Assembly (NCBI GenBank): GCA_963846055.1
Contig: CAWJUQ010000001.1
Location: forward strand, 2,608 to 66,607
Length of the DNA stretch: 64,000 nt
From: an uncultured Alphaproteobacteria bacterium
GTDB lineage: Bacteria > Pseudomonadota > Alphaproteobacteria > Rhizobiales > Xanthobacteraceae
Direction: 5' to 3'
Shown here piece after piece: positions 61,279-64,000 of the stretch (within the stretch, counting starts at the first letter, position 1; each line of letters starts with the position of its first letter). The position numbers and the translations under genes were made by a program. The notes under the pieces were generated by a model that searched no databases, was not told the origin of the DNA, and worked only from the letters and a program-made list of their open reading frames with translations.

Positions 61279-62004
61279 GTGACTCAACACTCGCGCGATA
61301 CGCCGCAGTTCTATCTCACCGCGCCTTCCCCCTGCCCCTACCTTGGCGGCAAGGAAGAGCGAAAGGTGTTCACGCACCTCGTCGGCGAACGCGCCGGCGA
61401 ACTCAACAACATACTGACGCAAGGCGGGTTTCGCCGCAGCCAGTCGATCGCTTACCGGCCGGCGTGCGAGGGCTGCCGCAGTTGCGTGTCGGTGCGCGTG
61501 GTTGCCGAAGAATTTCGGCCCTCGCGCAGCATGCGGCGGATCGCGAGCCGCAATGCCGATATCGTTGCCGAAATGAAGCCGGCGGTGCCCACGTCAGAGC
61601 AGTACGCGATATTCCGCGGCTATCTCGATTCGCGTCACCGCGACGGCGGCATGGCCGACATGACCGTGCTCGACTACGCCATGATGGTCGAGGACAGCCA
61701 CATCGAGACCCGCATCATCGAGTATCGACGGGCCGGAACGCCGGGCGGCGGTCTCATTGCCGTCGCGCTTACCGATGTCCTCGCCGACGGTCTGTCCATG
61801 GTCTATTCGTTCTTCGAACCCGACGAGGCGCCGCGCTCACTCGGCACCCTGATGGTGCTCGACCATATCGCCCGCGCGCGGCAGATGGGTCTCGCCTACG
61901 TCTATCTCGGCTATTGGGTACGCGGCTCGCGCAAGATGGACTACAAGGGCCGCTTCCTGCCGCAGGAACGGCTGACGCCGGACGGCTGGGCACGCGCCGA
62001 ATAG
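61279..62004 (+). CDS. bpt: Arginyl/leucyl-tRNA--protein transferase (Bpt/Ate family, N-end rule)
   Basis: [54 protein letters not shown] and YVYLGYWV. Confidence 0.8.
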   Translation: MTQHSRDTPQFYLTAPSPCPYLGGKEERKVFTHLVGERAGELNNILTQGGFRRSQSIAYRPACEGCRSCVSVRVVAEEFRPSRSMRRIASRNADIVAEMKPAVPTSEQYAIFRGYLDSRHRDGGMADMTVLDYAMMVEDSHIETRIIEYRRAGTPGGGLIAVALTDVLADGLSMVYSFFEPDEAPRSLGTLMVLDHIARARQMGLAYVYLGYWVRGSRKMDYKGRFLPQERLTPDGWARAE

Positions 62005-62017
62005 GACGCCCGCCGAT

Positions 62018-62818
62018 ATGAGCGAGGATGTGCACGAAGTTTTCGCCATCCGCTACGCGCATCACGCGCGGCGCTCGCCGGAGAACTTCATCGGCGGCGA
62101 TCCGCACGACGTGCTGCAGCCGCTCGATTACTTCGTCTGGGCGATCAAAGGACCATCAGGCGCCATCGTTGTCGATACCGGCTTTGACGAACCGACGGCC
62201 CGGCGGCGGCAACGCGAAATCACCAAGCCACTGCGCGAAGGTCTTGAAGCCGTCGGGATAGCACCGGAGTCGGTGAAGACGGTCATTGTCAGCCACCTGC
62301 ACTACGACCATTGCGGCAATTACGATCTGTTCCCGCATGCCCGCTACCATCTGCAAGATCGCGAGATGGCATATGCGACCGGACGCTGCATGTGCCACGC
62401 CATGCTGCGCATGCCGTTCGAAGCCGACGATGTCGTGGCCATGGTGCGCAAGGTGTTCGCCGGCCGCGTCACGTTCCACGACGGCGAGGATGAAATTTCG
62501 CCCGGCGTCACCATCCATCACATCGGCGGGCACTCAAAAGGATTGCAGTCGGTGCGGGTCAAGACCAATCGCGGCTACGTCGTACTCGCCGCCGATGCCG
62601 CGCACCTTTATGCGCACCTCGAACAAGGCCGAGTCTTTCCGATCACTTACAACGTCGCCGAGGTCCTCGAAGGCTACGAAACCCTGAAGAAGCTCGCCAC
62701 AACACCCAGCCACATTGTCCCGGGACACGACCCGCTGGTGCTCAAACGCTACGCGGCAGCGAAACCCGGGCTCGAGAGCTGGGTTGTACGACTGGATATC
62801 GAGCCGGCCAGTCTGTGA
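62018..62818 (+). CDS. MBL-fold hydrolase, N-acyl-homoserine-lactonase-like family
   Basis: VVDTGF, SHLHYDHCGN (HxHxDH), GGHSKG and GHDP. Confidence 0.7.
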   Translation: MSEDVHEVFAIRYAHHARRSPENFIGGDPHDVLQPLDYFVWAIKGPSGAIVVDTGFDEPTARRRQREITKPLREGLEAVGIAPESVKTVIVSHLHYDHCGNYDLFPHARYHLQDREMAYATGRCMCHAMLRMPFEADDVVAMVRKVFAGRVTFHDGEDEISPGVTIHHIGGHSKGLQSVRVKTNRGYVVLAADAAHLYAHLEQGRVFPITYNVAEVLEGYETLKKLATTPSHIVPGHDPLVLKRYAAAKPGLESWVVRLDIEPASL

Positions 62819-62884
62819 CAATTCGGCCTGCCGGCGCGAACGGCAATCACGCTATCCTCTCGCGACGGTTTCGACGGTTGTTGA

Positions 62885-64000
62885 ATGGCAAAGCGCGGCA
62901 GCGAAAAAGCAATCGATAAAGGCCGAAGGCGATTGCTGAAAACCGCGGCGCTCAGCGGCGCAGCCCTCGCCGGCGCAGAATTTCTGAGGCCGAAGGCATC
63001 GGCGCAAAGCGCGGAAGGCGCTTCGCTTGTGCCGGAATCGATGCTGGTCCAGGGCAAACCCGTCGGTTCATCACCTTATGGGGTTCCGTCCGAATTCGAG
63101 AAGCACGTAGTGCGGCTCACCAACGATCGCACGCCGACGCCATTTTCCTCGTGGAGCTTTACGCCGCTCCAGGATCTCCACGGCCCAATTACGCCGAACG
63201 GCCTGTTTTATGAGCGCAATCACAACGGCGTGCCCACCATCAATCCCGAGCATCATAAAATTCTTGTCCACGGCCTCGTCGAGCGTCCGCTGATCTTCAG
63301 CATGGACGACCTGATGAGGTTTCCCTCGATCTCGCGGATTTATTTCTTGGAATGTTCGGGTAACTCGTCGAGCGAGTTCACCAAGCCCGCAACCGACATC
63401 CGATGGTCGCACGGCTTGCTGTCCTGCGCCGAGTGGACCGGCGTGCCGCTCGCCGCGCTGCTGCAAGAAGCCGGCGTTCGCCCCGAGGGCAAATGGATAC
63501 TTGCCGAAGGCGCTGACGCCGCCGCCATGACGCGCTCCGTGCCGATCGAGAAAGCGATGGACGACGCGTTGATCGCGTTCGCGCAGAACGGCGAACGGTT
63601 GCGCCCCGAGCAGGGCTATCCGGTCCGGCTTCTGCTGCCCGGTTATGAAGGCAACATGAGCGTGAAGTGGCTCCACCGCCTCAAGGTCGGCACAGAGCCA
63701 TTCATGACGCGGGAAGAAACCTCCAAATATACCGGCCTGCTGCCGGACGGACGCGCCAGCCAGTTCAACTTCGTGATGGAGGCGAAGTCGGTCATCACGC
63801 GCCCTTCCGCCGGCGGCACGATCAGCGGCGGCCCGGGCTTGATCCAGATTACCGGCTTCGCCTGGTCGGGCGTCGGCAAGATCAAACAAGTCGACGTCAC
63901 GGTCGATGGCGGCCGGTCGTGGCAAGCGGCGGAGCTCGACGTTCCGATCCTGCCGAAGGCGCTGACGCGATTTCAGATGCCCTGGCGCTGGGATGGCTCG
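62885..64000 (+). CDS. Sulfite dehydrogenase / SoxC-SorA-type molybdopterin oxidoreductase, Tat-exported; 3' end beyond the window
   Basis: Open frame of 372 codons with no stop, absent from the ORF track. Contains RRRLLKTAALSGAALAG, FYERNHNGVP, YFLECSGNS (Mo-binding Cys context), GYPVRLLLPGYEGNMSVKWL and TGFAWSG. Confidence 0.75.
   Translation, partial: MAKRGSEKAIDKGRRRLLKTAALSGAALAGAEFLRPKASAQSAEGASLVPESMLVQGKPVGSSPYGVPSEFEKHVVRLTNDRTPTPFSSWSFTPLQDLHGPITPNGLFYERNHNGVPTINPEHHKILVHGLVERPLIFSMDDLMRFPSISRIYFLECSGNSSSEFTKPATDIRWSHGLLSCAEWTGVPLAALLQEAGVRPEGKWILAEGADAAAMTRSVPIEKAMDDALIAFAQNGERLRPEQGYPVRLLLPGYEGNMSVKWLHRLKVGTEPFMTREETSKYTGLLPDGRASQFNFVMEAKSVITRPSAGGTISGGPGLIQITGFAWSGVGKIKQVDVTVDGGRSWQAAELDVPILPKALTRFQMPWRWDGS

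Noticed and set aside
63071-63925. 284-aa minus-strand ORF
   Set aside because: It is antisense to the clearly recognisable sulfite dehydrogenase frame, and its translation has no motifs.

Overview
The window is two unrelated pieces of DNA joined by what looks like a nanopore adapter scar.

(1) Positions 1-4869 are a very GC-rich block, by eye above 70% GC with codon third positions almost all G/C. It carries a catabolic-type gene string: an isochorismatase-like hydrolase, a VOC/glyoxalase protein, a PuuE-like polysaccharide deacetylase, a family-III CoA-transferase, a CitE-like lyase and a truncated MFS transporter. Every long gene in it is broken by several frameshifts.

(2) Positions 4870-4917 hold the first 9 nt of the ONT Y-adapter bottom strand and the last 10 nt of the top strand. 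They are in the order and orientation expected for an unsplit two-molecule read, and they sit exactly at the composition break.

(3) Positions 4918-64000 are alphaproteobacterial chromosome, by eye low-60s % GC. The gene families look Bradyrhizobiaceae-like, but that placement is inference only.
- It opens with an integrase-less phage or island remnant (HGG-motif protein, VRR-NUC nuclease).
- The rest is mostly housekeeping: cutA, nadK, hisI, yidD, thrS, cysE, tRNA-Arg(UCG), pccB, hemB, threonine dehydratase and bpt.
- It also has a copper-trafficking cluster (DUF2946-like, PCuAC, outer-membrane barrel, CopC, CopD), an RND efflux pair, an LPS/glycan cluster (GT39, 2OG-Fe oxygenase, GT9, GT2), a VapBC pair, two MBL-fold hydrolases, and a sulfite-dehydrogenase gene running off the right edge.
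- About 15 genes here carry single-base frameshifts, including hemB and threonine dehydratase, and some sit in homopolymer runs. I read these as assembly indel errors, not biology.

I found no CRISPR array, no rRNA, no IS element and no convincing new multi-gene defence-type system. The least-explored biology is:
- a PAS_5 / tandem-PilZ / BTLCP (LapG-like) protease neighbourhood with no LapD or adhesin;
- a GAF-GGDEF-PilZ fusion protein;
- a secreted mini-protein with a duplicated C-x3-C-x6-C-x3-C motif;
- the island remnant.

All family assignments come from motif recognition by eye; no database search was run.
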